Source: an uncultured archaeon
GTDB taxonomy: Archaea; Thermoproteota; Bathyarchaeia; Bathyarchaeales; Bathycorpusculaceae
NCBI GenBank assembly: GCA_963782915.1
Contig: CAWALK010000020.1
Coordinates: 256,001 to 320,000, forward strand
Direction of reading: 5' to 3'
Length of the DNA: 64,000 nt
The translations under genes and the position numbers were made by a program. This document shows positions 49,284 to 61,973 of this stretch, piece after piece. Every line of letters starts with the position of its first letter. Positions within the stretch are counted from its first letter, which is position 1. Under the pieces are notes generated by a model. The model was not told the DNA's origin. It saw nothing but the letters and a program-made list of their open reading frames with translations, and did not search any database.

Positions 49284-50181
49284 CGGTTTTTTTGAGTTTT
49301 GGAAAGCTGGACCGCTTTTTTATGGCGATAAATGTTGCTGCTTCAACTATGGTTAAGGTGGCAACCGCAACCAATGGCAACCAATCATACGCATACAATG
49401 CCGTGATGATGTCGCCTTTGACTCTTTTTTCTAGGAATGTTAAACCTATATTTTGGTAGAAGAAAAACGGCAAGTTGAATAACGCAATAAAACCGATGCT
49501 GGCTACGATGAATTTGCGCAGAGACGCTCTGTTGTACCATAGTAAAATTGGAATAGCTAACAATGTAACTCGGGGGTCAAAACAAGACACCATGACCATA
49601 AACGCTGACAGCAACGGCTTTTTGGCGAACCCAAAGTACAATGCAGCTCCTATGATTGCGGTTTGGATAACATGGGCGTTGCCTAAGGCGTAACCCCAAT
49701 AGTAACTTGGAAAAGTGTATTCTGCACCAATACCGAACAAGTTGGGAAGCGGGAGTACCAAAATTATTACCGTCGCTATGGCGCCTAAAATTAGGTCTTT
49801 GTCTTTGAGGATTTTATAGAGGAAGAATGTTAATGCGAAGATTGAGAGTAACTGTACAAAATCAAACACTGCAAGTGCAGTCTGGTAGTCAAGTGCTAGT
49901 AAGGGTGCGAAGAAGACGAGGAATGAGGGTGTGTACATGAAGGTTTGGGGTTTTGGCAAAATCGCTATATCGCCTGGGAGATAGTCGCCTGACCAGTAGA
50001 TTGTTGTAGGGTTATGGAATAATCGCCATTCGCCAATGTAGTAAGCTGAGAAGTCAGCAGCGAACGTTTGGTCGAGTGGTTTAACGGTTCGGGGGTAAGC
50101 GGTAATGAAGATGCCGATGTTAATCGCTAACGCAATGAGTAATATGGTGGCGAATAGTTTTTTCTTGTTTATCTTTAGCAA
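49276..50181 (-). CDS. GT-C/GT87-like (DUF2029) membrane glycosyltransferase
   Basis: ADFSAYY, FMYTP and multiple TMs. Confidence 0.65.
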   Translation of the reverse strand: MLKINKKKLFATILLIALAINIGIFITAYPRTVKPLDQTFAADFSAYYIGEWRLFHNPTTIYWSGDYLPGDIAILPKPQTFMYTPSFLVFFAPLLALDYQTALAVFDFVQLLSIFALTFFLYKILKDKDLILGAIATVIILVLPLPNLFGIGAEYTFPSYYWGYALGNAHVIQTAIIGAALYFGFAKKPLLSAFMVMVSCFDPRVTLLAIPILLWYNRASLRKFIVASIGFIALFNLPFFFYQNIGLTFLEKRVKGDIITALYAYDWLPLVAVATLTIVEAATFIAIKKRSSFPKLKKTVT

Positions 50182-50309
50182 TTGTTTTCTGTAGAATATC
50201 AGCGTTTATGCCTTTTAGGCTTTTGTAATCTGGGAAATACAGCAACTTTTTAAGTGTAGAACCGTTTATTTCTGGTTGTTTGCTTGTTATGCTTTAGGAG
50301 ACTGCAGTT

Positions 50310-50636
50310 GTGGAAATTAGCAGAAAAAACCTACGCAATGAAGTTTTAGAACGCATAAAATTCGTTAAAACCTGCGTTATGGCGCGAGAGCTCTGTTTGC
50401 TGGTGCGTACAAACCGTGCGGTTCTGGAACCTAAGGATGTGCAGGAAATATGCCAATACATCTCGAGTCTCTGCAAAGAAGAAGGTTGCAGTGAACCCAG
50501 CGAATTATGTGCCAAAGCAGCAGCTGCAATCGGCTCGAGTGATGAAGAAAAATATCTTGAGCTCTGTGCGCAAAGCTGCGTTAAATGCGGCGAAGCAAAA
50601 AGGCCAAGACCTAAAAATGACGCTTATGTCTCGTAA
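50310..50636 (+). CDS. Small Cys-rich helical protein
   Basis: 108 aa with 9 Cys in helical spacing; GGAG RBS and GTG start. Confidence 0.65.
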   Translation: MEISRKNLRNEVLERIKFVKTCVMARELCLLVRTNRAVLEPKDVQEICQYISSLCKEEGCSEPSELCAKAAAAIGSSDEEKYLELCAQSCVKCGEAKRPRPKNDAYVS

Positions 50637-50669
50637 CATGCAAACGTCGGGTTAGATGGAGGATTTAGA

Positions 50670-51146
50670 GTGTTTATTGCTCCGTTTGTTCCAAGTCCCA
50701 GTACCGTTGTAGAGTACATGCTAAAGTTGGCTGGTTTGAGGTCCGGCGAAGTGCTTTTCGATATGGGTTCGGGTGATGGGCGAACGGTGATTATGGCGGC
50801 TAAAACTTTTGGCGCACGCGGCGTTGGGATTGAGTTGCGCGAGGATTTAGCAAAGAAGGCGCTGTGTTCTATTCATGAGTGCGGCTTGGAAGATCGGGTT
50901 ACAATCGTTAATGATGACATGTTCAACGTTAACCTAACGGAAGCTGACGTGGTTTATCTTTATTTGACGACTAGCGCTAACGAAAAGATTAAACCGAAAC
51001 TGGAACGTGACCTCAAAAAGGGTGCCCGAGTGGTTTCGCATGATTATGAAGTAGTAGGTTGGCATCCCGAGAAGATCGAGAATTTCTGCGAGAACCCACA
51101 GTTAGGGTATCCTTCACATACGATTTACCTTTATAGGAAAACCTGA
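50670..51146 (+). CDS. Small class I methyltransferase, FAM173/archaeal protein-lysine MTase-like
   Basis: APFVPSP, DMGSGDGR, GVGIE, ADVVYLYL and GARVVSHDY. Confidence 0.85.
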   Translation: MFIAPFVPSPSTVVEYMLKLAGLRSGEVLFDMGSGDGRTVIMAAKTFGARGVGIELREDLAKKALCSIHECGLEDRVTIVNDDMFNVNLTEADVVYLYLTTSANEKIKPKLERDLKKGARVVSHDYEVVGWHPEKIENFCENPQLGYPSHTIYLYRKT

Positions 51147-51162
51147 TTTTCCGCTTGAGACC

Positions 51163-51381
51163 TTTTGTGCTTTCAGGGGCCCTATCCCCCTTATTTATAG
51201 GCTCAACAACTGCTGGCTGAATCTTGGCGTATCCATGCGTTCATTGGGTAGCAGTGATCCAGCAGCTGCATTATGCAAAGGACAGCGTTTATTTTCCATG
51301 CAGTTGTTTTGTGACTTTTCCTTAGTTTCAGCCGTGTGTGCGTCTGTTGCTCTGCCGAGACCCCCCTCCCCTTATATATAA
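51163..51381 (-). repeat. Dispersed G-rich repeat pair, locus F (long spacer)
   Basis: Minus strand TTATATATAAGGGGAGGGGGGTCTCGGCAGAGCAACAGAC (51381-51342) and CTATAAATAAGGGGGATAGGGCCCCTGAAAGCACAAAA (51200-51163). Confidence 0.85.
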
Positions 51382-51445
51382 GTAAAAGGAATTTGTTAAG
51401 CAAAAAATTTAACCCACACTTATCCATCTTTGAAGCTTGATTCCG

Positions 51446-51937
51446 ATGCAGTTTATTCCATGGCAAAACGTTTCAGATTGGCACTGCAAAGCCTGCGGTT
51501 ACTGCTGCAAACTCTACAGCGTAGTCCTCGGTTTCCCAGAGTGGCTAAAATTAACCCGAACGTTTGGCCAAGAAGCCGCCGTATCCGACTTAAGCCGCTT
51601 CTACATCAAACGCCACAGCGACGGCACCTGCGCATTCCTCGGCTGTAACTCTTTGAAGTATTATTGCGGTTTGCAGGGGATGAAGCCTGAAGCATGCAAA
51701 ATATGGCCCTTCAAAGTGACCGCGGCGCCTAAGTATGGTGAAGAAAAGTTGGCGGCATTCGACTATAATGGCCACCGCATCTATGTCTACGTGGATAACA
51801 TGTGCAATGGGGTGCGGTATGGCATGCCGACGTGGGAATTCCAGAATAAGACTGTTGGGGAGTTTGTGGAGTTGGCGCTTGGGACACGGGAGTTTCAGCA
51901 TCACGCGACTGGGCATGTGGGTTTTGAGTGGCGCTGA
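51446..51937 (+). CDS. YkgJ/CxxCxxCC cysteine-cluster protein
   Basis: CKACGYCC, CAFL, C.L...KPEACKIWPF and C.G. Confidence 0.88.
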   Translation: MQFIPWQNVSDWHCKACGYCCKLYSVVLGFPEWLKLTRTFGQEAAVSDLSRFYIKRHSDGTCAFLGCNSLKYYCGLQGMKPEACKIWPFKVTAAPKYGEEKLAAFDYNGHRIYVYVDNMCNGVRYGMPTWEFQNKTVGEFVELALGTREFQHHATGHVGFEWR

Positions 51938-52117
51938 AGGCTTTAGTTTCATTCTTGGTTGTTTTTTGTAATGTCTCATTTTTATTAATTTTTTGTTGAT
52001 TTTATTTGCACAAAACAGGATGAATGTCAAACCTGTTAACTATTTCTGATTCATATCTACAATTAACAACGAATAAAAGCAAAATTTGCACACCTACACT
52101 CAAAAGAAGTGTAGACT

Positions 52118-55100
52118 ATGCAATTCACCAAAGCCCTAACAATAGTTATCATCAGTATGGTATTCTTATCATGTTTTATAAGCTTATACAAAATAGAACC
52201 TGCCGCAGCAGTAACTAATAATGGCACAGTAATTTTTCATGAGACCGGTTTAGCCTCGGGTACAAGTTGGAAAGTAAATATAGGTGGCATCCAACTACTC
52301 CTCAACCAGTAATACTATTTCTCAAAGCTGGATATCTAGTCGTCTCTTACTCTTGGACTATTTATGTGCCAACTGGTTACACTTCAACATCAACATTAAC
52401 TGGCTTCTTTTTCTTATCTACGGGCGAAACAAGACATTTCTACGTTGACTTTACTGCTGCAGCCAGTTACAATGTTACCTTCACAGAATCCGGCTTATCT
52501 TCAGGCACAAGCTGGAACGTTACCTTAGATGGTACAAACAACGTTTCCACAAGCCCAACAATAACATTCACTGGAAAAAGCAACGGAAACTATGCCTACA
52601 CAATCTATACACCTTCTGGTTATGTTTGCGGTTCAGCACCCAATGGAACCATAACCGTTTCCAGCAACGTAAATTGGCCTGTTACTTTTGGCTCAGTTTC
52701 CGGCACTGATTGGCCCATGCGGCAACACAGCAACCTGCGCAGCAGTTACTCCGAATCGGCTGGACCAACCACAAATGAAATCCAACGGACTTTTGCAACC
52801 GGCGATGTTGTTTCTTCATCTGCAGCAATTGTTAATGGCGTCGTTTACGTAGGCACCGACTCTCTGGGAATGTTTGCGTTTGATGCATCCAACGGTGATG
52901 TAATATGGAATAACCAAGACCTTCAAAATGTGGCTTCTTCTCCAGCGTCGTCGACGAAGTGGTCTATGTAGGTTCATTTAGCGATAATTATGTTTACGCC
53001 TTGAATGCGGCTACAGGAGAACAATTGTGGCGTTCTTTAACAAATGGCGAAGTAACTTCTTCTCCAGCTGTTGCCAATGGAATTGTCTACGTAGGCACTC
53101 AACGAAATAACCTATATGCTTTTAACGCTGCAACAGGCAACGAAATCTGGAGTTACCCCGCCGGTGGCTATATCTATTCTTCTCCTGCAATTTCCGACGG
53201 TATTGTCTACTTCGGTTCATGTGACCATAAAGTATACGCTTTGAATGCATCCTCAGGAAGCTTCTTATGGAGCTATACCACTGGGGCCGATATCAACCCA
53301 ATTCCTGCAGTTGTTGACGGCGTCGTCTACGTGGGTTCAGACGATACAAAAGTGTATGCTCTTAACGCAAAAACTGGCGGGTTATTATGGAGTCACACTT
53401 TGGGTTCCTCTGTGTATTCGTCTCCTGCAGTTGTTAACGGCGTCGTCTACGTAGGCTGTAGTGACAACAAAATTTATGCATTAAACGCTACCAACAACGG
53501 CGCGCTCTTATGGAGTTACACAACCGGCGACTGCTGTATATTCATCACCTGCTGTTGCTAATGGTGTTGTTTACGTAGGTTCATACGACAAGAAAGTATA
53601 TGGATTAAACGCTAATAACGGAAACTTGTTGTGGAGCTACACTACTGGCGGAGGCGTATTTGCGTCTCCCGCTATTGCTAACGGCGTTGTCTATATTGGC
53701 TCAGAGGATGGCAATGTTTACGCGTTCCATACCTCCGCACCTACACAGTACACTTTGACGATGAAGACTGTTGGTCAGGGCAGTGTTTTGCCGGGGAACG
53801 GAACTCAAAATGCAGGCGCAACCGTAAACTTACAAGCTATGCCTGCTGCTGGCTGGAGTTTTGGCGGTTGGAGCGGCGATGCAAGTGGCTCAACAAACAC
53901 ATCTATAACCATTGATGGGGACAAAATAGTTACTGCAACCTTCACTCAAATTCCAACTTACACTGTGACATTACACAGACAGGTTTACCCACAGGCACAA
54001 ACTGGACAGTAACATTTAACAGTACAGCTAAATCTTCAATTACTAACACAATCTCCTTCACAGGATACGTCAACGGCATTTACTCTTACTCAATTGTAAA
54101 CCCATTCGGCTATGTCTCTGATGTATCATCTGGAACAGTAACTGTAGCAAACGCTAATGCAAATCAAGATGTAACTTTTGAGTCAGCTGATTGGCCAATG
54201 TTCCAACATAACCTAATACATACTGGCTATTCAGCAGTCAATGGGCCAACTAACAATCATACTCTATGGAGCACTACTATCTCAACTTGGGGTTATATGC
54301 GGTCGGGTGCCAGTGTTGTAAATGGTTTAGTCTACCAGGGTTCAACTGACTATAAAGTGTACGTTTTCAATGCTTCTACAGGCAACCAAGTTTGGACCTT
54401 CAACACCAACGGTCCAATATTACTTCAACTCCTGCAGTAGCAGACGGAGTCGTTTACATTGGTTCAGCCGATGATTACATTTACGCTTTAAATGCCTCCA
54501 GTGGCGCTCAAATCTGGAGCTTCCAAGTTGGTTCTGATATTTATTATTCTTCGCCCTCTGTTGCTAACGGAATTGTCTACGTTGGATCAAACGACAATAA
54601 ATTATACGCTTTAAACGCTGCTACAGGCGCTAAAATATGGGAATACACCACAGGCAACGACATAAATTCATCCCCGGCCGTTGTTAACGGCATAGTATAC
54701 TTAGGTTCATATGACAAAAACGTGTACGCATTGAATGCTGCTACCGGCGCTAAAATCTGGAACTATACCCTAGGAGGCCCGACATATTCGTCACCTTCTA
54801 TTGCTAACGGCGTTCTCTACATAGGTTCATTGGATAAACAAGTATATGCATTGAATGCTGCTTCGGGATCTAAAATTTGGAACAGCACTACTGGCGGCCA
54901 AATAACATATTCATGTCCTGCAGTTGCGAACGGAGTTGTATACATAGGTTCGCAAGACAAAAAATTGTATGCTTTGAACGCTACCACCGGCGATATGATT
55001 TGGAGTTACTTAACTAACGGAGCAATAGCCGCATCTCCTGCTATCACCAATGGTATTGTCTACATAGGCTACAAACAACAAAAGAGTCTCTGGTTTAAAC

Positions 55101-58100
55101 GCTACCACAGGCGATTGTATATGGAGCTACTATTTCACATAGTTCTGATGTACAAGCTTCTCCAGCGATTGCAAACGGTGTCCTCTATATATCATCAGTT
55201 GGGTGCAAACTGATTGCAATTGATGGACAAGCGCCACAGAGTACACGTTAAACATGAATACGGTGGGTCAAGGCAACGTTTCACCAGGCAACATAACTTA
55301 CCCAGATGGAACAATCGCAGATTTGACGGCTACACCCGCGGCAGGCTGGAGTTTTAAAGGATGGAGCGGCGATGCAAGCAGGCTCAACAAACACATCAAT
55401 AACCATTGATGGCGACAAAACAGATCACTGCAACTTTCATTCAAAACAGTTACATCCTAACTATGATTACAGTCGGCAACGGAACTGTTAACCCCGGAAA
55501 TGTAACAACCTGCAATTATGGCGACATCGTTGACATTAACGCATTCAATGATGCCGGATGGAGCTTTAGTGGTTGGAGCGGCGACGCTTCTGGCTCAAGC
55601 AATACTACTATAACAATGGATGGTAACATAACCGTAACTGCCACTTTCGTTCAATTTAATGCAGTGAGCAACGGAAAAACCAGCGGTCAAGTCGGCGATA
55701 CAATAACCTATAGCGGCATCAGGATTTGCACCAGAAACAAGTTACTATTTGTCATTCGGCGGCTACTACATAGCAGATATCCAAACCAACAGTACAGGCG
55801 GGTTCATCTACACCGATACAGTAATGAAGATTATGGGTGCCGAATGGACAGTTGAACTTGTGGATTCCGGAAGCAGCCTTTCAGTTGCCAGCACCCAATT
55901 CACTGTCTTGCAATCCCTCACATTAAACGTTACTTCAGGCCCGTCCGGAACTATAGTTTCAATAGTTGCTACTGGTCTGCAATCAGGAACACCCACCATA
56001 GGCGATAACCTTGCCGCAACATTCAACGGAACAACAGTAACCCTAAACAGCGCTATGAGCAGCGGTTGGGGCGACTTTAACGCAACGTTCACAGTTCCCT
56101 TATCAGCACTTGGCAACTGGACGCTTCGAATTACCGACGACACCGGCGACGACATAACCGCAACCTTCCAAGTAACAGGTTACACAATCACCGTAAACCA
56201 AAACAGCCACGGCACCATCAGCCCAGCCACCCAAGAATACACCAAAGACACAAACCAAACCTACACAATCACTCCTGACCTTGGCTACCACATCGTCGAT
56301 GTAGTCGTGGATAGTGTTTCAAAGGGTGCAGTTTCATCTTGGCAATTCAACAATGTAACTGAAAACCACTCAATCACAGCAACTTACGCATTAGACGAGT
56401 ACACCATAACCATTTTAACATCAGGTAACGGTTCAGTTGTTAAAACCCCCAGCCACCTCACCTATCACTACGGCGACCTGGTGGAATTAACCGCGACTCC
56501 GGATGCAGGCTATTCATTTAGTGCATGGACTGGCGATACAACAGGGACAAATACAACCATAACCGTCACCATGAACGGCAACAAGACTGTCACTGCAACC
56601 TTCACTCAAAACAAATACACGATCACCCTAAACTATGATGGCCAAGGACACATTAACTGCAACGCAACTGAACCCTACACTTACAACCAAGCCGTAAACT
56701 TAACAGCAATAGCAGATCAAGGCTGGACTTTCGCAGGCTGGAGCAATGATGCCTCAGGCAGCAATAACCCCTACACTTTAGTGATGGATTCCAACAAAAC
56801 CGTAACCGCCACTTTCGTGCATAACACCTACTACATTACAATAAACACAATCGGTCAAGGATCAGTTAACCGCAATGTAACCGGGCCCTATGAATACAGT
56901 CAAGACGTCAATTTGACTGCTGTAGCAGCGGCAGGTTGGTGTTTCAGCGGTTGGAGCGGCGACGCATCAGGCAACGATAACCCCTACATTGTAAGCATTG
57001 ACAGTAACATTACTATCACTGCGACTTTCACCCAAGACAGCTATCTATTAACAGTAATTACTGTCGGTCAAGGGTCAGTCGCCGCTGGTAATGTGACGTA
57101 TCTATCTGGAACAAATGTTACCCTTGAAGCCCTATCTACTGCTGGTTGGTGTTTCAGCGACTGGACTGGCGATATTACTGGAACCGCAAATCTCGCCTCC
57201 GTTGTTATGGATAGAAACATGACGGTAACTGCGACTTTCAAACGTAACACCTACATCTTAACTGTGATTACGATAGGCAACGGTGTGGTGCGGCCAGCGA
57301 ATGAATCATTCAAGTACGGCGAAAAAGTTGATGTTGGCGCCAAAAACGATGATGGATGGAGTTTTAGCGGTTGGAGTGGAAATGCTTCAGGTGCAAACCC
57401 CAAACTTCGACTCACTATGACTGGCAACTTGACAATCACTGCAACTTTCACTGAAAACGTTTACACCTTAACCCTGCTTACAGTGGGCAACGGCGATGTC
57501 TTACCTGGCAACATGACCGCCTACTCATACAACGATTCAGTTAGATTTAGCAGGCGATCAACGCTAAAGGCTGGACATTCGCAAACTGGACAGGCGACGT
57601 AGAAGGCGTAACTAACACAACAATCAACATCATAAGAAACATGACTGTTACTGCCGCTTTCACCCAAGACACCTACAGTTTAACAATGATTACCCTCGGT
57701 CAAGGCACGGTCACTCCTGGTAACCAAACCTACCTATCAGGCACATTTGTAGACATAGCTGCAATGAATGCAATTGGATGGACATTTAGCGGTTGGAGCG
57801 GTGATTATACTGGTTCAACTAACACCACAATCACGCTAGATTCCAATATGACCCTAACTGCCACTTTCACCCAAAACCTCTACACATTGACAATCCATAC
57901 AGTTGGTCAGGGCAACGTTAGCCCCGGCAATCAGACGTATCTCTCCGGAACATCCGTTGACTTGAACGCTATGAATGCGAAGGGCTGGACTTTCAGTCAA
58001 TGGACAGGAGACGCTTCAGGCTCCACTAATAAAACCATCACAATGGACAGCAACCTGACTATAACTGCCACATTCACCATCAACACTTACACTTTAACCG

Positions 58101-60790
58101 TAACTCAAGGCAGCCATGGTACTATCAGCCCAGAAACATCAATAGTAAACTATGGAACAGACAAGTCCTTCTCCATTACCCCTGATACAGGCTACCACAT
58201 CGTTGACGTCCTAGTTGATAGTGTCTCGGTAGGTGCAGTGAAATCCTGCGAATTCGCCGACGTAAACACCGCCCACTCTATAACCGCTGTCTATGCCATC
58301 GACACCTTCAGTATCACGGTTACCCAGTCAAACCATGGAACAATTAGCCCCTCCACTGCAACTGTTGACTATGGCGGTGTTCAGAGCTTCACAATAACAC
58401 CCGACACCGGCTACCATATAGTCGATGTCACAGTGGACGGTAACTCGCAAGGTGCAATCACGTCATACCAATTCAGCAATATAGAAGAAACCCACACTAT
58501 AACTGCAACCTTCGCAATCGACACCTTCACAATATCAGTGACTCAGGGCGCTAACGGCGTTATCTCGCCAGAAACAACCATAGTCAACTATGGCTGCAGT
58601 CAAGCATTTACTATTACAGCTAACGTGGGCTATCATATCGTTGACGTAGTTGTCGATGGTACCTCAAAGGGTGCAGTATCCGCCTGGGAATTCAGTGATG
58701 TGCAAGAAACTCACACTATCACCGCAAGCTTTGCAATTGACCAATTCACCATAACTGTTACGCAAACAGACAACGGTCTCATCACACCTGACACTACGGT
58801 CGCAGACTACGGAAGTTCAAACAGCTTCTCAATAACGCCAAGCATAGGCTACCATATTGTTGACTTAGACGTTGACGGCGAATCTAAGGGTGCTGTAAAT
58901 TCATGGCAGTTCACCAACATCCAAGAAGCGCACTCAATTACTGCAACATTCGCAATCGATACATTCAATATAACTGTCACACAGAACGGCAACGGAGTTA
59001 TTGCTCCCTCAACCACCGCAATCAACTATGGCTCAGCCCAAAGCTTCACAATAACACCTAACATAGGTTACCACATTGCAGATGTTACAGTAGACGGAGC
59101 ATCGAAGGGCGCTGTTTCTTCATGGATTTTCTCAGATGTCAAAGAAGCCCATACCATAACAGCAAGCTACGCCCTAAACGAATACACACTAACAATCAAT
59201 ACTGCAGGCAGCGGTTCAGTCGCAAAGAATCCTATAAAAGCAACCTATCACTACGGCGACGCAGTCCAATTAACCGCCACCCCGAATGCCGGATGGTCAT
59301 TTGCCACCTGGGCAGGAGACTTAACAGGCACAGATAACTCAGGAACGGTAACTATAAACGGCGACAAAACTGTCACTGCAACATTCACTCAAGACACCTA
59401 TACCCTAACCATAACCACAGCCGGTCAAGGCACCGTTACACCAAGCAACACCAGTTACCTCTCAGGAACCACCGTAGACCTCAATGCAGTAGCTGCCCTA
59501 CACTGGAAATTCAGCGGATGGAGCGGAGACGCTTCAGGTACAGCCAACACAACCATCACTATGAACGGCAACAGAACAGTAACAGCAACATTCACAAAGA
59601 CACTCTACACCGTCAACTTTGCCGTCTCAGGCGTCGGCTCAGACTATAGCGGATCAGCCTTGACTGTCGATGGCACAGAATACTTGGCTAATGCGTTTCC
59701 GTTAACATTCACTTGGGAGTCAGGCTCTAACCACAGCTTCGCATATGCCTCAACACTTGGGGCAAGCAGCGCGAAACGTTATGTTTGGTCCTCAACCGCT
59801 GGTCTCGCAGATGCACAAACCGGTTCATTAATGATTGCAGATGCAGGTACCGTTACAGCAAGCTTTAACACTCAATACCAGTTGACCGCAACTTCCGCTC
59901 ATTCATCAGCCAGTGGCAGCGGCTGGTACCCCGCTGGAAGCTACGCCACGGCAGCAGTATCCTCCTCAACAGAGATGTCCGGAAGCGCTGTCCGCTATGT
60001 GTTCAGCGGTTGGAGTGGCGCAGGTAATTCAGAGCTGTACACCTACATATTGATGGAAGGACCGAGAACGGTTACTGCAAACTGGGTAACACAGTACCAA
60101 GTAACCGTCTCAGTTGATCCTGTTGGCAGTGGAAGTGCAACTTCGAACACTTGGATGTCCGCGGGAACACTGACCCTATCAGCGACACCATACAGCAACT
60201 ACACCTTTGCAGCCTGGACTACAACTGGATCCATAAGCATCGCTTCGTCCTCAATGAATCCGATCACAGCAACAGTCAGCGGCCCCGGAACAGTAACAGC
60301 CAACTTTAACAGCACAAACCTAATCGCGACAGTAACCACAAACGGCGAAACCTACGGCGTCGGCTTAAGCGGAAACGTTACCACAAGCCAAATGTCGAAC
60401 TTAACCATCACACCGCATGAAGACATCGCAACTACCTCAGTGGCATTCACCGTTACAGGTGAACATGGCATGATGGGCTTTGGTAACTTAACACTATCGA
60501 AGAACGCCATACCCTATGGAACAACACCGCTACTCTACATCGATGGTATCTTGGCAGAAAACCAAGGATACACCGAAGACGCCAACAACTACTACATATG
60601 GTACACGACGCATTTCAGCACCCACGAAATCACCATCGAATTCACATCGGCGATAACTCAGCCGCAGCCTTTAACAAACGCGTTTGATGTACCCGTCTAT
60701 TGTGCAGTGGCTATTATCGGATTGGTACTGTTTGGTTTGTTGCTACAGCGCAAAAAGAAATCAGAGGATAACCAAAAAAGCACAACCTAG
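52118..60790 (+). CDS. Giant cell-surface protein (~2,900 aa): two PQQ-like beta-propellers, many InlB-B/Flg_new and Ig-like repeats, C-terminal TM (several frameshifts)
   Basis: Signal peptide; VTFTESGL..GTSW.V domains; SSPAVANGIVYVGS.D..YALNA.TG..IW repeats; GW.F.GWSGDASG...T.TMD.N.TVTATF repeats; ITPDTGYHIVDV.VDG repeats; terminal TM + RKKK. Consecutive ORFs continue the same repeats. Confidence 0.88.
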
Positions 60791-60795
60791 GCGTT

Positions 60796-60828
60796 GAAAG
60801 GGGTTTCATCCCCTCGAATTTTTTTGTT
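60796..60828 (+). terminator. Putative terminator after the giant surface-protein gene
   Basis: AGGGG-TTTCAT-CCCCT hairpin followed by a T7 tract. Confidence 0.5.
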
Positions 60829-60857
60829 AGATGCAACTAAACGGGGTGGCTGGAAGC

Positions 60858-61016
60858 TTAGAACATGACTGATTGCAGCATATATGAGACCACAATTATA
60901 CTGCAGAGCGCTACACAGATTGGTGGTGCAGCTTTTCTAGAAAAAAACGATTCGTAGTAATCTTTGAATTCAACTTTAATTAAACGTAGGCACCCCTCAG
61001 CATGAACCCTATCCAT
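60858..61016 (-). CDS. Possible small protein with C-terminal TM
   Basis: ATG at 61016 after AGGAGAAGG; 52 aa ending in a hydrophobic stretch. Confidence 0.3.
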   Translation of the reverse strand: MDRVHAEGCLRLIKVEFKDYYESFFSRKAAPPICVALCSIIVVSYMLQSVMF

Positions 61017-61191
61017 TTTTAGCCTTCTCCTTCTCAGAAAAGGGTAGGGTTGCTTGGTTAATAAGTTCTTTCGAATATTGGGTCTGCAGAGCTTTTGATT
61101 CAAAGTTGCCTATTTTTCTTTTCACTAAGAATAGGTTATTTAGGCGGCGGCTGATTTTAACCAGAAACATTCCAGTCACACGGTGAAGTCC

Positions 61192-61973
61192 ATGTCTAAA
61201 CCTAAAGTTGGCGTTTCAATGCTCTACTGCCTCGGTGAACCATTCGACCGCATGGTTAAACGCATAGCGACACTCGACACAAAAAACATAGAGATACTCG
61301 ACGATGGCACACACGAATTAACCCCCACCCGCATAGCCACACTCAAAGAAACAGCCAAAACCTTCGGCATAGACTATTCATTGCATGCACCTTTTGCCGA
61401 CATCAACATAGCTTCACCCATAAAACCGATTTTGGCAGCTTCAATTAAACGGGTAAAACAATCCATCGCCCACGCCAACAGCTTAGACGCTAAACTCGTA
61501 GTCATCCACCCCGGCGCACACACAGGCATCAGCCAATTCTACCCCGGCGCTGAATGGAAACGAAACATCGAGAGTATAAAGAAATCTATGCAGCCGCCGA
61601 AGAATACGGCGTTAACATTGCAATGGAGAATTTGCCGGGTAAATACTGGTTTTTGATGAATTCCCCAGTGGAATTCAATCGGTTCTACAAAGAATCTAAC
61701 TTGCCCATAGGCATCGTCTTGGACTTGGGTCACGCTAACTTGGAAGGGCAAATTGAACCGTTCTTTAATCAGTTAGCGGACAAAATCGTGCATATCCACG
61801 CCAGCAACAACGACGGATCAGATGACCAGCATAACGGCGTAGAAGACGGCAACATAAACTACAACCAATTTGCCGAGTCAATCAAGAAGATTGGTTACGA
61901 TAAGTGGGTTATGGTTGAGTCTACGAAGAAAGTGCCTGAGAGCATCGCGAAGTTAAAGCAGTTGCTCGTTTAG
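61192..61973 (+). CDS. Sugar-phosphate isomerase/epimerase (AP-endonuclease-2 TIM barrel; frameshift near 61575)
   Basis: SLHAPFADINIAS, VIHPG, MENL, LDLGHA, HIHASNN.G..DQH and VE. Confidence 0.88.

Noticed and set aside
6918-51381. G-rich paired repeats as a canonical CRISPR array (the reverse complement begins GTTTG and one copy ends AAAG)
   Set aside because: Only 2-3 degenerate units per locus, very uneven spacer lengths, loci tens of kb apart, and no cas genes in the window.
6918-51381. G-runs as KOPS (GGGNAGGG) or Orc1/Cdc6 ORB G-strings
   Set aside because: They are not strand-polarised (+,+,-,+,-), only some copies match KOPS, and there is no ORB core (TCCA..GGAAA) or cdc6 gene nearby.
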